NCBI GenBank assembly: GCA_008369845.1
Contig: MRSU01011195.1
Location: 1-64,000, forward strand
Length of the DNA stretch: 64,000 nt
Origin: Trichomonas gallinae
Lineage: Eukaryota
Direction of reading: 5' to 3'
This document shows positions 1 through 10,255 of the stretch, piece by piece (positions within the stretch are counted from its first letter, which is position 1; every line of letters starts with the position of its first letter). Below the pieces are notes generated by a model. That model was given only the letters and a program-made list of their open reading frames with translations, did not search any database and was not told the DNA's origin. The translations under genes were made by a program, and so were the position numbers.

Positions 1-174
1 GATTGGGATGGCCTCAACTTCACAAAGGAGCAGTTCGAGGAAGTCATGAAGCAGGATAAGGAGAAGATCAAGGCCCAGGTTGCTGCTAACGATGAATACC
101 TCACAAAGACAATCGGCCACGTTTCCCAGGAACTTCTTGACGTTTCTCAGGAGATCCTCAAGCGCTGCCAGTAA
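1..174 (+). CDS. PEPCK: 3' end of phosphoenolpyruvate carboxykinase (GTP), partial; begins before the window
   Basis: Frame 1 reads DWDGLNFTKEQFEEVMKQDKEKIKAQVAANDEYLTKTIGHVSQELLDVSQEILKRCQ*, resembling the C-terminus of GTP-PEPCKs (W.GL.F..EQF...). Codons are strongly C/G-ending, as in highly expressed genes. Stop is TAA(A) at 172-174. Not in the ORF track. Confidence 0.7.
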   Translation, partial: DWDGLNFTKEQFEEVMKQDKEKIKAQVAANDEYLTKTIGHVSQELLDVSQEILKRCQ

Positions 175-657
175 ATCCTTGAATAAATCTTTCATGTTGA
201 TTCCAAATTATCCATTCTTTCACATCATAGATCAATAGCAAGTAGTTTATGAATTGAAAAAAATCATATATATCTTATGCTTATACATGAGTATAATCAT
301 GGAAAGACTGCATTTTTTTTTCCAAATCTTTGAAATTTGCAATAATTTATTTTGTTTATATGTCGAGCTTGTCACGAAAGTCAAGTGGAGTAGTAGTTTC
401 CTATTTTTTGGCAACTATTTAAAGATATTGTCTCAACACAACTTGATTTAAATTTTTTGTTGTGTTTATCTCGCTGTATGTGAACGATCTTTGAGTGTAT
501 CATTGAATACTGTATTATATATTACAAATACCTGATTTTTGCTGATCAATTTTATTATTTTGCTTAAAAAACAGTTATTAGAGTTTTGCAATGAAAATTT
601 ACAAACACATAAATAATTTATAGAGAAACAAACAATGAATAAATACTAGTTTTCGTT

Positions 658-1629
658 CTATTTGACTCCAGACAAATGAAAGCTCAATTTTCTGATTTGG
701 AAACTAAGAATTCTGTTCTTTTCCTGTAGCTTCCGCAGCTTTTCCTTTCTTAGTGATAGCTCTGTTCGATTGTCGCGAATACAAGATTCGAAAAATTGGA
801 TTTTTTCTGGAATCCGCTTAATTTTTGGTTTTGATGAAGTATTTGGAGACTTGGGACTCATAGTTAATGAGTAAATGTCTTTTTTAAGCTTTTTGATTTT
901 TGCTGAATGATCTAATTGGCTATTTGATATCAAACTCACCTCGATTTCAATTCTGTCCTTGCATTCTTTGATTTGACGACGCAGCTTTCTTAGTTCGTAC
1001 TTGAAAACCTCTCTTGTATTTTTTTCGCTATTCTCGTACTTCTGGCAACGAACATCAAATGCAACTTGATAGCTTTTGATATCTGATGCAAGCTTTGACA
1101 TCCTTTTATTAATTTTTTTAATATGTTCGTTCTTATTTGGTGAATCTACAACACTTTCTGCTTCGATTTGGCTGATTTTTCTTGATAGTTTATCAGATCT
1201 TCTTTTTAGTCGTGATGATTCTGATTCTATGTTACAAAGTTCATTCTTTGTCGATTGTTCTAAAAAATACGATTTTTCTTTATATTCTTTATCCAATTTG
1301 ACCAGCTGGTCATTTGTATTTTCGATTCTACTCTCTGTTGTGTAATCAGGCGTGACTGAATTCTCGATCTGAAAGATTCTATCTGCATTATCTCTTTTCA
1401 TTTTTTCGATTTTCTGCTGGAAAGATTCAGTAAGTTCCTGTATTTTCTGTTCTGTCTCATTTTTCATTGCTTCTTTGTCTTTTTCCGTTTGTTCTTTCAA
1501 ATCGTTAATTTTTTTTATCAATTCCTGCTTGAGAGCCAGATATTTGGCAGTCGTTCGCGCAATTTGCTGCTTTCGAGCAGCAATTTCGTCATTTAAAATC
1601 TTCAGCGGGTCATATTCAACGTAATTCAT
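658..1629 (-). CDS. Coiled-coil hypothetical protein (~323 aa)
   Basis: Long K/E/Q-rich heptad ORF. The likely start is MNYVEYDPLK at 1629 rather than the upstream AT-rich ATG at 1689. Confidence 0.75.
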   Translation of the reverse strand: MNYVEYDPLKILNDEIAARKQQIARTTAKYLALKQELIKKINDLKEQTEKDKEAMKNETEQKIQELTESFQQKIEKMKRDNADRIFQIENSVTPDYTTESRIENTNDQLVKLDKEYKEKSYFLEQSTKNELCNIESESSRLKRRSDKLSRKISQIEAESVVDSPNKNEHIKKINKRMSKLASDIKSYQVAFDVRCQKYENSEKNTREVFKYELRKLRRQIKECKDRIEIEVSLISNSQLDHSAKIKKLKKDIYSLTMSPKSPNTSSKPKIKRIPEKIQFFESCIRDNRTELSLRKEKLRKLQEKNRILSFQIRKLSFHLSGVK

Positions 1630-2298
1630 CAAATTAACAAGATAAAAATGAAATAAAATCAAGCCCTTCATCACTCTTAAATTCATCAATATTCAATATT
1701 TTCATAACAAATATAATCAAATAACAAAATTTTATCGTATTATTTATATTTCTATGATTTAAATGATGAATAGCTAATATAATTAAGTAATATAATCTAT
1801 ATCAAGCTGTTTTAATAATATTCAGTCTTCATTTCTCTAAAATGAGTAGATTTATACCTATTTATTAATATAGAAAAAATATGTTTCCTTCTAGAATCGA
1901 ACACACGTCCGGCACAGGTTTTCAAAAAGTGACAATCTCTTTATGATCGCGAATTTACATGTCAAAAATCATAAAAATAAAACTAATGAATTTAACATAT
2001 GACAATATTTCAATCATATTTACCGATAAAAATTAAATATCGTTTAAAATTAAAATTTACATGTCAAACAACGAATAAATCGAATACGATAAGTTTTCGA
2101 TCTCATGAATTTATCTCCACTACATGAAGGCTTCACAAAAAATAAAAATTACAGAATACGAGAATAAATTATGTCGATTTGAATAACATTACTTTTTCTT
2201 GAAGATTTATACTCTATACTCTCTTTAATGCAGAATTCGCTTGCGATCAAAATTTTCAAAAAAAAACCCTCCTTTGAAAAATTAATTATAAAAAACAG

Positions 2299-3108
2299 AT
2301 GTCGATTCTCAACCAGCTAACATCGATTTCTCTTTCTGATATCCCTGTTTTCTTATGCCTTATCGCCTGCTACTCTGTCTTCAGGTGGTTCTTAGTCAAT
2401 AGAGTTTTCACGCCTTTAGGCCATGCTGCCAAAGTTGATCCAAAGCGTATATATAAGTTTGCCAACAGATGCTTCGATCTCCTTCACTACTCCAGCTCTG
2501 CCATCATCGGTCTCATCGCTGTATTAAATAGACCATATGCGAAATGCATGTTTTGGTCTTATGACTGCGCTGATTTCTACATGCCTACAGAGGGCTCTTT
2601 CCAGGTCACAAGCATGGAGAAATTATACGTTCTTATCTTTTTCTGCTATTACATTGTTGATGTTGCATATATCGGCGCAAATACCGGAATTGCTCTCATT
2701 GCTCTTCACCATGTTGCAACACTATCACTTGTATTTGGATCTATCATACTCCAAGTTCCTGCTGTCTGCGTCACAATCATGATTTTGCATGATGTCGTTG
2801 ATGTTCCATTGTATACAGGAAAAGTCTGCGCATATTTGGGATACATCAGCATCAAGGATGTTACCCTTGTTTCATTTGCTGTCCTATGCACATGGTTTAG
2901 AATGATCAATTATTTCTTTGTTTCCAAAGGTGCCTGGACTAACCAATATCGCGATGGAATCATTTTCCCGAAGCTTTATCGCTGCGTTGCATACTTCTTG
3001 TGGGTTCTTTATTTCTGCCATTGCTGCTGGTTCGCTGATATCCTTAAGGCTGTATTCCAAATCTACCAGGGCAACCCAGAAGCTATCCGTGATAACAGAT
3101 CCGACTAA
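2299..3108 (+). CDS. TLC-domain / LAG1-type (longevity-assurance) ceramide synthase family protein
   Basis: Multi-TM protein with the Lag1-like motif LHHVATLSL...ILHDVVDVPLYTGK and a C-terminal IRDNRSD. Confidence 0.85.
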   Translation: MSILNQLTSISLSDIPVFLCLIACYSVFRWFLVNRVFTPLGHAAKVDPKRIYKFANRCFDLLHYSSSAIIGLIAVLNRPYAKCMFWSYDCADFYMPTEGSFQVTSMEKLYVLIFFCYYIVDVAYIGANTGIALIALHHVATLSLVFGSIILQVPAVCVTIMILHDVVDVPLYTGKVCAYLGYISIKDVTLVSFAVLCTWFRMINYFFVSKGAWTNQYRDGIIFPKLYRCVAYFLWVLYFCHCCWFADILKAVFQIYQGNPEAIRDNRSD

Positions 3109-3377
3109 TTTCCATTATTCATGTACAAATATTTTATATTTTCTAGATTCATTGTGTTTAAACTCTCTCCACACCTTCATTAAATTCTAAAATATATGTT
3201 ATTTAAATACCAACAACCTACTCTCAAAGAATATTTTTTTCAAAAATAAATAAAGCATCGAATAGTTCAAAAAATAAAATATATTATTGTAGCGATTGAG
3301 CATATCATAGTATTATAAAGAATTTAAATGTTGAAAGTTTGACCCTGCAATTTTTAAACAGACCCTATTTAATGATT

Positions 3378-3387
3378 AAAAGTGACA
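3378..3387 (+). promoter_or_regulatory. AAAAGTGACA element close to the ATG (resembles the reported Trichomonas M2 5' motif AAAGTGAC)
   Basis: Lies 16 nt before ATG 3404. The same 10-mer occurs at 40966-40975 (ATG 40977), 53818-53827 (ATG 53836), on the minus strand at 43459-43468 (ATG 43450), and at 1925-1934. Confidence 0.6.
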
Positions 3388-3403
3388 AAAACGAGAAAAA
3401 AGG

Positions 3404-4414
3404 ATGAGTGCGATAAATCGCCCAGTTACAGCTTTAATTTACCCACGCGGTACATGTAAAGCTCAGACTTTTTATTTTCGAGGCGATGATATTCACAAAG
3501 AGCCAGAATTTTTAGATAACGAATTACGAGCTGCTAAAATTCAATATGATAGGGCAAAAACCGAATTGGACGAAGAAAAGCAAGAGTATGAGAAGGTACA
3601 AGCGGAACTCGCTAAGAGAGAAGGCTATACGGTAACTTTAGCATCAGCTTTAGGCGATGAATCTCATCAAACAGAGGAAAACGCAAAACTTCGCACGCAC
3701 ATCACTAAACTAACGGAAGAAATCGAAAAATTCGATAATGCAATCGCAGAAGCCAAAAGCCAACAACATCCTGGATTATTGGCGCAGTTACAGAAAGAAA
3801 GAGCATTTTACAATGCAGAAATCGAAGATTTACGCATTAGCATATTCACAGGCATCGATAACATAACTAACGATAAAGAAGAAATCGCGAGAGTTGTCAC
3901 GTCAGATGAATTTACCAATGCAAGCATGGTAAAAAGCGATCGTATGGCATTTCAAAAGTTTTACAGTCAGTTAAGAGCGAAATTAGATAAGAATTTTGCT
4001 GATTTTAGTGCAAAACAAGCAGAATCTGCGAAATCACGTCAACCTCGTGTTAAACTTCCACCTTCAATCGAGCCTCTTTGCTATCAAAGGAATGATGCAC
4101 TACTTGAAAAAGATGAAGTTATTAGAAACAAAGAATTTGCGGAATTGCGAAAGAAACTTACAGCACAAGTGTTATTAGATCAAATGGAGACAATGAATCA
4201 GACAATTATCGCTCTTGGTGGAGAACCTTTAGATACAGATGCATTGCGCGAAAAATATGATGTTTCTGCTGCTCAAAATCAACAAGATGATGGTAGATCA
4301 GGTTCACAGCAAAAGCAAAGACAGTTTAGAGCCTCTACAAGAACATCATCGAAAGCTTGGAAAGATATTCCTAAGCCAAGAACGCACACTGTAATGACTA
4401 GCTCCAGGAAATAA
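3404..4414 (+). CDS. Coiled-coil hypothetical protein (336 aa)
   Basis: Uninterrupted ORF with coding-like composition and long helical charged segments. Confidence 0.8.
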   Translation: MSAINRPVTALIYPRGTCKAQTFYFRGDDIHKEPEFLDNELRAAKIQYDRAKTELDEEKQEYEKVQAELAKREGYTVTLASALGDESHQTEENAKLRTHITKLTEEIEKFDNAIAEAKSQQHPGLLAQLQKERAFYNAEIEDLRISIFTGIDNITNDKEEIARVVTSDEFTNASMVKSDRMAFQKFYSQLRAKLDKNFADFSAKQAESAKSRQPRVKLPPSIEPLCYQRNDALLEKDEVIRNKEFAELRKKLTAQVLLDQMETMNQTIIALGGEPLDTDALREKYDVSAAQNQQDDGRSGSQQKQRQFRASTRTSSKAWKDIPKPRTHTVMTSSRK

Positions 4415-4796
4415 TAACATTTTTCTCTTTTTGTTTTGTTTGATTTTCAATATTATAAAATTTTGTTCATCAGATATTTTGATTCTCATATTTCTAAAGA
4501 AAATGTCAAATAAGCATTCAAAATAATTCCTAATTCTCATTGTTACGAAATATTTTTCAAAATTTAAAAAAATCAAAGGTGGACAAAAACAGAGTAATAT
4601 ATAAGCTTATTAGAAAGATACAAACATTTATTAGGGATTATTGTGTACTATAACAAATTCATCAAGATTAACAATCTATTATATGAATATAGTTAAACTA
4701 TTGACATGGATAACTATGATAAAATAAAGATTCAGTGAGCCAAATATTAGTTGATATTTGTAATACAAAAATGAAATAAAATTTCTTTTTTCCGTA

Positions 4797-5483
4797 TTAC
4801 AATAGCTCTTGTTCGTCGTCAAGGAGAGAACCAGATCGAACCCTTTTCGATTTGTCGCAAATCCTCATTTCGTGGTACCAAAATGCGACTAAATATAGTG
4901 AAAGTGCTTGGAAACACGAGTTAAAGTAAATAATCCAAGTCTTAGCTGATTGTTCATTAATAAGATAGCACATAAAGCATCCTAAAACTCCTCCGATTAA
5001 ATTTAGATGTTGGCCAACCAATGAGCAGCCAAGAGTCGTATGAAGCTTAATGCATTGCGATAACTGTGGTATATGTGATAATACCTGGCAAATTGGCTTG
5101 ATTAAATCTGTGTATTTTATTGTAGATGGGAAAAAATTCGCTAAAAATAATGGAATAAGGACGATAGGACTAACTAATATGGATTTCTTGTGGGAAGAAT
5201 AGTAGCTAAACTGAAAAAGGAACAAAAGATGCTGGGCGGTATTTAAGGAACCGTATAAAAATACAGGAAACCCACTTCCATTGTAAAGAGAATTGAAGCA
5301 AAGGAAAGATGAGCCAATTAACTTAATGATTGTCGAATCTAATGAGAATCCATTACATGATTTTCGTCTGAAATTTAGTATAAACTGCGGAACGTAAACC
5401 ACAAAGAAGCATAGAGAGGCTGTATTGCCAAGCCAGCAAGCGAAACCTCGCGGATAATCAAACCCGCAGTCCCACTTCACCAT
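4797..5483 (-). CDS. PQ-loop repeat membrane protein
   Basis: Two PQ motifs (YVPQFILNFRRKSCNGFS; HIPQLSQCIKLHTTLGCS), about 7 hydrophobic segments, and a C-terminal acidic dileucine-like DDEQELL. Confidence 0.85.
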   Translation of the reverse strand: MVKWDCGFDYPRGFACWLGNTASLCFFVVYVPQFILNFRRKSCNGFSLDSTIIKLIGSSFLCFNSLYNGSGFPVFLYGSLNTAQHLLFLFQFSYYSSHKKSILVSPIVLIPLFLANFFPSTIKYTDLIKPICQVLSHIPQLSQCIKLHTTLGCSLVGQHLNLIGGVLGCFMCYLINEQSAKTWIIYFNSCFQALSLYLVAFWYHEMRICDKSKRVRSGSLLDDEQELL

Positions 5484-6243
5484 TGGCTATCGTTTAGATT
5501 AGATTTTTTTCCCCTTCTATTTACTGAGATTTAAAACTTCTATTTACTGAGAAATTGTATATTTTTTGTCTTAGATAACAAAAAATACAAAATTAAAACC
5601 ATCTGATCGAATTTGACAATTTACAAAGATTTTTGACATCTGTCAAATTTCATTTCCAGGAATTTTTTTCTAGTCGAAATATCTTGATTTGGACAAGGGT
5701 TATGTATAATTAGCATATTAGATGTTTTAGTGGATCAATATAAGCTGAACACTCAACGAAAATTCAATATAATTTTTTATTTGCGATATTTTAGCGACTT
5801 ATATCACCGTTGAAATTCTGTGTCGAAAATGTAGATATATAGGACCAATAATAGACATTCTATTGTGCTGGACAAGTTCATTATACTTTTTCAATTCGAA
5901 ATGATGCTTTTATCCTAACAAGATTGCTCATATATACATATATTCCTATAACCTCCATAATTATTAACTGAAAATAGTACTAGAGGTTAAAATGAAGAAT
6001 TAATAAGAATTAACCGAATGACTCTATTTCAGTTTTGAATTTTCCAAGCCCCAAGCGATAGGTATTGCAAAAAACTTCATTTTATAGTTCTTTTTTCATC
6101 ATTCGTCGGCAGAAGCCACAACTTTTTAAGAATTTTCCAAAAATCGCTGACAACGTGATAAAAATAAATAACACATATTATACAAGCTAAATATGTGATT
6201 TATTTTTTGGCGTAAATTACACAATAAGGTTATTTACAACACT

Positions 6244-6248
6244 TCACA
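6244..6248 (+). promoter_or_regulatory. Initiator (Inr, TCAYW) upstream of ferredoxin
   Basis: TCACA lies 7 nt before ATG 6256. Similar TCAYW sites occur shortly before the ATGs at 18814, 27360, 32687 and 51262. Confidence 0.55.
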
Positions 6249-6255
6249 TCAGGTA

Positions 6256-6561
6256 ATGTTATCTCAGGTCGCTCGCTTCGGTTCTATCACAGCCATCAAG
6301 GGTGGTGCTAAGAAGACACTCAACTTCGAGGATGACCAGTCCCTCTTCGCTGTCCTCACAGAGGCCGGCCTTCTCGAAGCTGAGGGCACATGCCAGGGCA
6401 ACAAGGCCTGTGGCAAGTGCTTCTGCAAGCACGTCGGTGGCAAGGTTCCAGAGGCCGAGGACGATGAGAAGGAATTCCTCGAAGAGAAGCCAAAGGGCAC
6501 ACGCCTTGCTTGCTTCATCAACCTCACAGCTGAGAACGATGGTGCTTCATTCGAAATCTAA
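6256..6561 (+). CDS. Fdx: Hydrogenosomal [2Fe-2S] ferredoxin
   Basis: N-terminal presequence MLSQVARF, cluster ligands CQGNKACGKC...RLAC, close resemblance to trichomonad ferredoxins, and highly biased codon usage. Confidence 0.95.
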   Translation: MLSQVARFGSITAIKGGAKKTLNFEDDQSLFAVLTEAGLLEAEGTCQGNKACGKCFCKHVGGKVPEAEDDEKEFLEEKPKGTRLACFINLTAENDGASFEI

Positions 6562-7056
6562 ATAAATTACTTTATCATACAACAAATTATCGTTCTCTTT
6601 TTTATTTTCGAATATTTCCATTTTTAATTCTACGTTCTTTAATTTCATTGTATCATAAAATGTTTCATCACATAAAACTAAATTCATTTATCATATAGTT
6701 GTTCCCTTTGTCGATTCTTTTTTGTTTTAATCTTTAATTTCATATTATCAAAACTGAACAATAGCCATTACAACATCATTGATAGGAGCAGTAATAAAAC
6801 ATGTTTGTATTTAAATGTTCATTGCACATATATATAAAATATTTTATATATATAGTGCAAAAAAATATTTATATTTTCATTCATGATTAGAAATATAGAT
6901 ATATATGTCCATTATTATAATAGTTATTAGGTCTTTTATTCTTGAATACTCTTCATTATGCGTTCATATGAATTTTAAAGATCTGACTATAACAAAATCT
7001 TTGACAGTAAATTTTTGGCAAAATTTCATTTACATGGCAAAAAATTAATTGGTCAA

Positions 7057-7506
7057 ATGGCGCTTGTACGAAAAATCAACAAGGAGCTTAAGGAGTCCTC
7101 TGATAATCCAAATCCGAACTACAAATTTGAAATAGATGGTAATGAGATCACTCATCTCAAAGGAACAATCAACGGCCCAGCAGATTCTCCATATCAAGGC
7201 GGCGTCTTTTACATTAAAATCACAGTCCCACCAGAATATCCACTCCGTGCACCATCTGTGATCTTCACAACACAAATTTATCATCCAAACGTAGCAACTG
7301 ATGGAAATATTTGCCTTGCTTTGTTATCTAAGCAATGGAGTCCAAAGTATAAGATTGTAGACATCTTAGAACAAGTCTATCAATTGATTTGTGTTCCAGA
7401 TCCAATTGATGCATTGAATACAGAAATTGCAGCTGAATACAAGAATAATCACGATGAATATGTTAAAAAAGCCAAGGAGTGGACAGAGAAACACGCAAAG
7501 GCTTAA
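7057..7506 (+). CDS. Ubiquitin-conjugating enzyme E2
   Basis: GPADSPYQGGVF, YPLRAP, HPN..TDGNICL with the active-site Cys. The true start is ATG 7057 (MALVRKINKEL); the track start is a TTG. Confidence 0.95.
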   Translation: MALVRKINKELKESSDNPNPNYKFEIDGNEITHLKGTINGPADSPYQGGVFYIKITVPPEYPLRAPSVIFTTQIYHPNVATDGNICLALLSKQWSPKYKIVDILEQVYQLICVPDPIDALNTEIAAEYKNNHDEYVKKAKEWTEKHAKA

Positions 7507-8075
7507 GCATTTATCTTTTAAACTTTTTTTCTTTCTATTCAAAATCTTACACTATTATTCAATCCATTTTATGGTGATGTTTGTTAAAACAACTTAAAAA
7601 GAAAGATTTGCATCCATAAAATGCTTTTTTACATTATATATTATTTTTCAATGTTTTTTTCTTTGTGATATACTATGCTCGTTTATACAACAATAATAGA
7701 TAAGTGCGACCCTTATATAATACAATGCAATGCTACACATCGAATGAATTTTAATTTTTCTAAAATTTTCTAAAATTGTGATTCGTTAGTGACGCAGCAG
7801 CACCGCATGATATGCATCGACAAACTGCACACAGAACACTTTTCTTGTTATATTAACATGATAAAGTAATTTCATCAACTATTGATAATTAACCTTAAAG
7901 AATTTATCATGAAACGCATCAAGATAAACCTAGAATATTCACCTACTAATGCTCAGATATCTATATTTATCATTTAAACATGTTAATATTCATCGGTATT
8001 TTAATCTCAAATAATTTATAGGTTATTCATAAAAATAAAAGAGATAATTTAGATACATAAACATAGACAGTCACA

Positions 8076-8591
8076 TTAATTGATTGTGAAAAGGGGATCT
8101 TGATTAAATATGGTATTGGTATCTGGAACCGCAAAAAGGTCAAACAAAGCATCAAATTGAGTAACATTCGGGACCTTGTGAACCTCTACATCCTTTTGTG
8201 GCGTTACAATTCCCTTTTGTCGATTCTTCATTTGATGTCTTGTAAGGAGTTGGAACTGGTTTCGAACAGCATTTCCGGTACGACCTTCTATAAATTGCGA
8301 TATTTTATTCCATTGGTTACCAAACTCTTTGTATTTATCTAGAATGATTTGATTTTCTTCTTCAGTCCAATTGTTCACTTTAATATTGGGATTAAGGTAA
8401 TTCTGGAACCGTTCTCTGCACTGTCTAGGTGTCCTCGTTTTCATTTTCGCAGAAATCGATCGCCAATTTGGGTGCGAGCCGTAATCGCTCACAAGTTTTC
8501 TAAGTTTTGCATCCTCCTGTGGAGTGAACTTCGCTCTCTTCTCAAAGTTAGCTTCTCGAGGTGTTTGCCCATTAGGAAGTAATCTATCCAT
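8076..8591 (-). CDS. R2R3 Myb-like DNA-binding protein
   Basis: KFTPQEDAKL...W..I...M..RTPRQCRERFQNYL followed by WTEEENQII...GNQWNKIS..I.GRTGNAVRN: two Myb repeats. Confidence 0.92.
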   Translation of the reverse strand: MDRLLPNGQTPREANFEKRAKFTPQEDAKLRKLVSDYGSHPNWRSISAKMKTRTPRQCRERFQNYLNPNIKVNNWTEEENQIILDKYKEFGNQWNKISQFIEGRTGNAVRNQFQLLTRHQMKNRQKGIVTPQKDVEVHKVPNVTQFDALFDLFAVPDTNTIFNQDPLFTIN

Positions 8592-10255
8592 TAAGATATT
8601 AAAATAAATGAATGAAGTGTCTCAAAGTCTTCAGAAATTCTAACCAAATTCAATATATCGGTAAACATAAAATTTTGCATAATTAATATCGAATCAACTC
8701 TATATATGCATTGTTTGTTTTCCTTCGTCAGATTTTTAATTTTGAATATAACGTACTTGTTCATAAACTATTCAAAATTATGTCATTGTATTGATTATAT
8801 CAAGGAGGATTCTGATTTGCAGGAAGAATACTACGAAAATTTGCATTGTAGAAATTTGTTATCGATTCAATAATTAATGATCACTTTAATCCTCTAAATA
8901 TCTACCTATATAATGTAAATAACAAGTCGACAAAGCAAAGCAGCTACGACGTTATATAAAATCACTTATATTTTTCATAACAACTGACCAATTAATTTTC
9001 TGATAGTTTGAATTTCATTTTTACCGAATAATGATGCTTATCATGTGATATAAAATTCTTTATCAAACGAAAAGCATTTGCAAATTATTGAAATTCCTAT
9101 TTTAAAATAACATAGACAATGATACAAAAACAATGCTAAAAATTCAAAACAAATATAAAGTTATCGATAAACTTTTTTATCTGGTAGTTTAATCCGCATG
9201 CATTGTTTATCATGTCTATAGGAATCTCTTAAATTTTATCCTAAAATACGATAGTCATTGAAATAAATCAAAAATGCATGGATCGGTAATGCAAAAATTA
9301 TGCTATTTTGGTTACATGATTTTTTTTTTCAATAAACATCATTCAAAACAATATTATTTAAACAAACATGGCGATTATGCTGCATACAGATCATTTTTAA
9401 CGAGAATTTGAGGTTTGAATTTCTTACAAAAGATTTTTTTTTAATCAAGGAAATTCCAAATATGTCTAATGTATTTTAATATAATTTCTGCTATACTTTA
9501 CGGTTTTTAGGGTTTCTCCAGCAAACATCGCAAAATATAACAATATATTTTTATTTAAATAGAATTTTTCAGGATTTAAACATTTCAAGCAATGTATTCA
9601 CAATATGAGATATCAACTATATCTAATGCTTAAATTTTTCTCATATAATGTTGTTGATTTAAGTCTTTTTTAAATTATTATGCAATAAAATAATAGAAAT
9701 CATTCATGTATCTCAGAACATTAATCAATATATATCAGGTTATGTTCATATATTCCATCAAATATAAATAATCTACATAATTCGAAAATTGGAATTCCTC
9801 ATTATCATGTTATTAGTTAAGACTAGCTCAAATTAAGCAAACAAAACAATATTTAATTCATTGAAGGATCAAGAAACTGTTTTTTCGAATATGAAATATA
9901 TAAATAGAGGAATTTCAATAATAAATAAGTAGACCGCTTTGCCAATTCGAGTATTATATAAAATAAAACCATGTCATTGATATAAACTATTTAAAAGCCT
10001 TCATTTTGATGGTTCAATTAAGATAATGAAAATGATTATCATATGCATCCAAAACCTTACTGATAGTCTATATGAACTCGAAAATGAGTTAAATATTGTC
10101 ATGAAAGAACTCCATATAATACCTAAAGATTTTTTATCAAATATAAGGTTTTTGCCATTACATGTCAAAAGTCATAAAACGATAGAAACGGTTTGGCCGG
10201 TGTGGTTGAATTTCAATTTGCTTGAATTATGGGATTCAATAGTTAATGGCAGGCA

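Noticed and set aside
1880..1920. tRNA-like B-box (GTTCGATTC on the minus strand)
   Set aside because: No acceptor stem, D-arm or anticodon arm can be folded around it.
8600..10240. Long gap possibly hiding a transposon, ncRNA or gene
   Set aside because: Uniformly AT-rich, with no TIRs, credible ORF or structured RNA that I could support.
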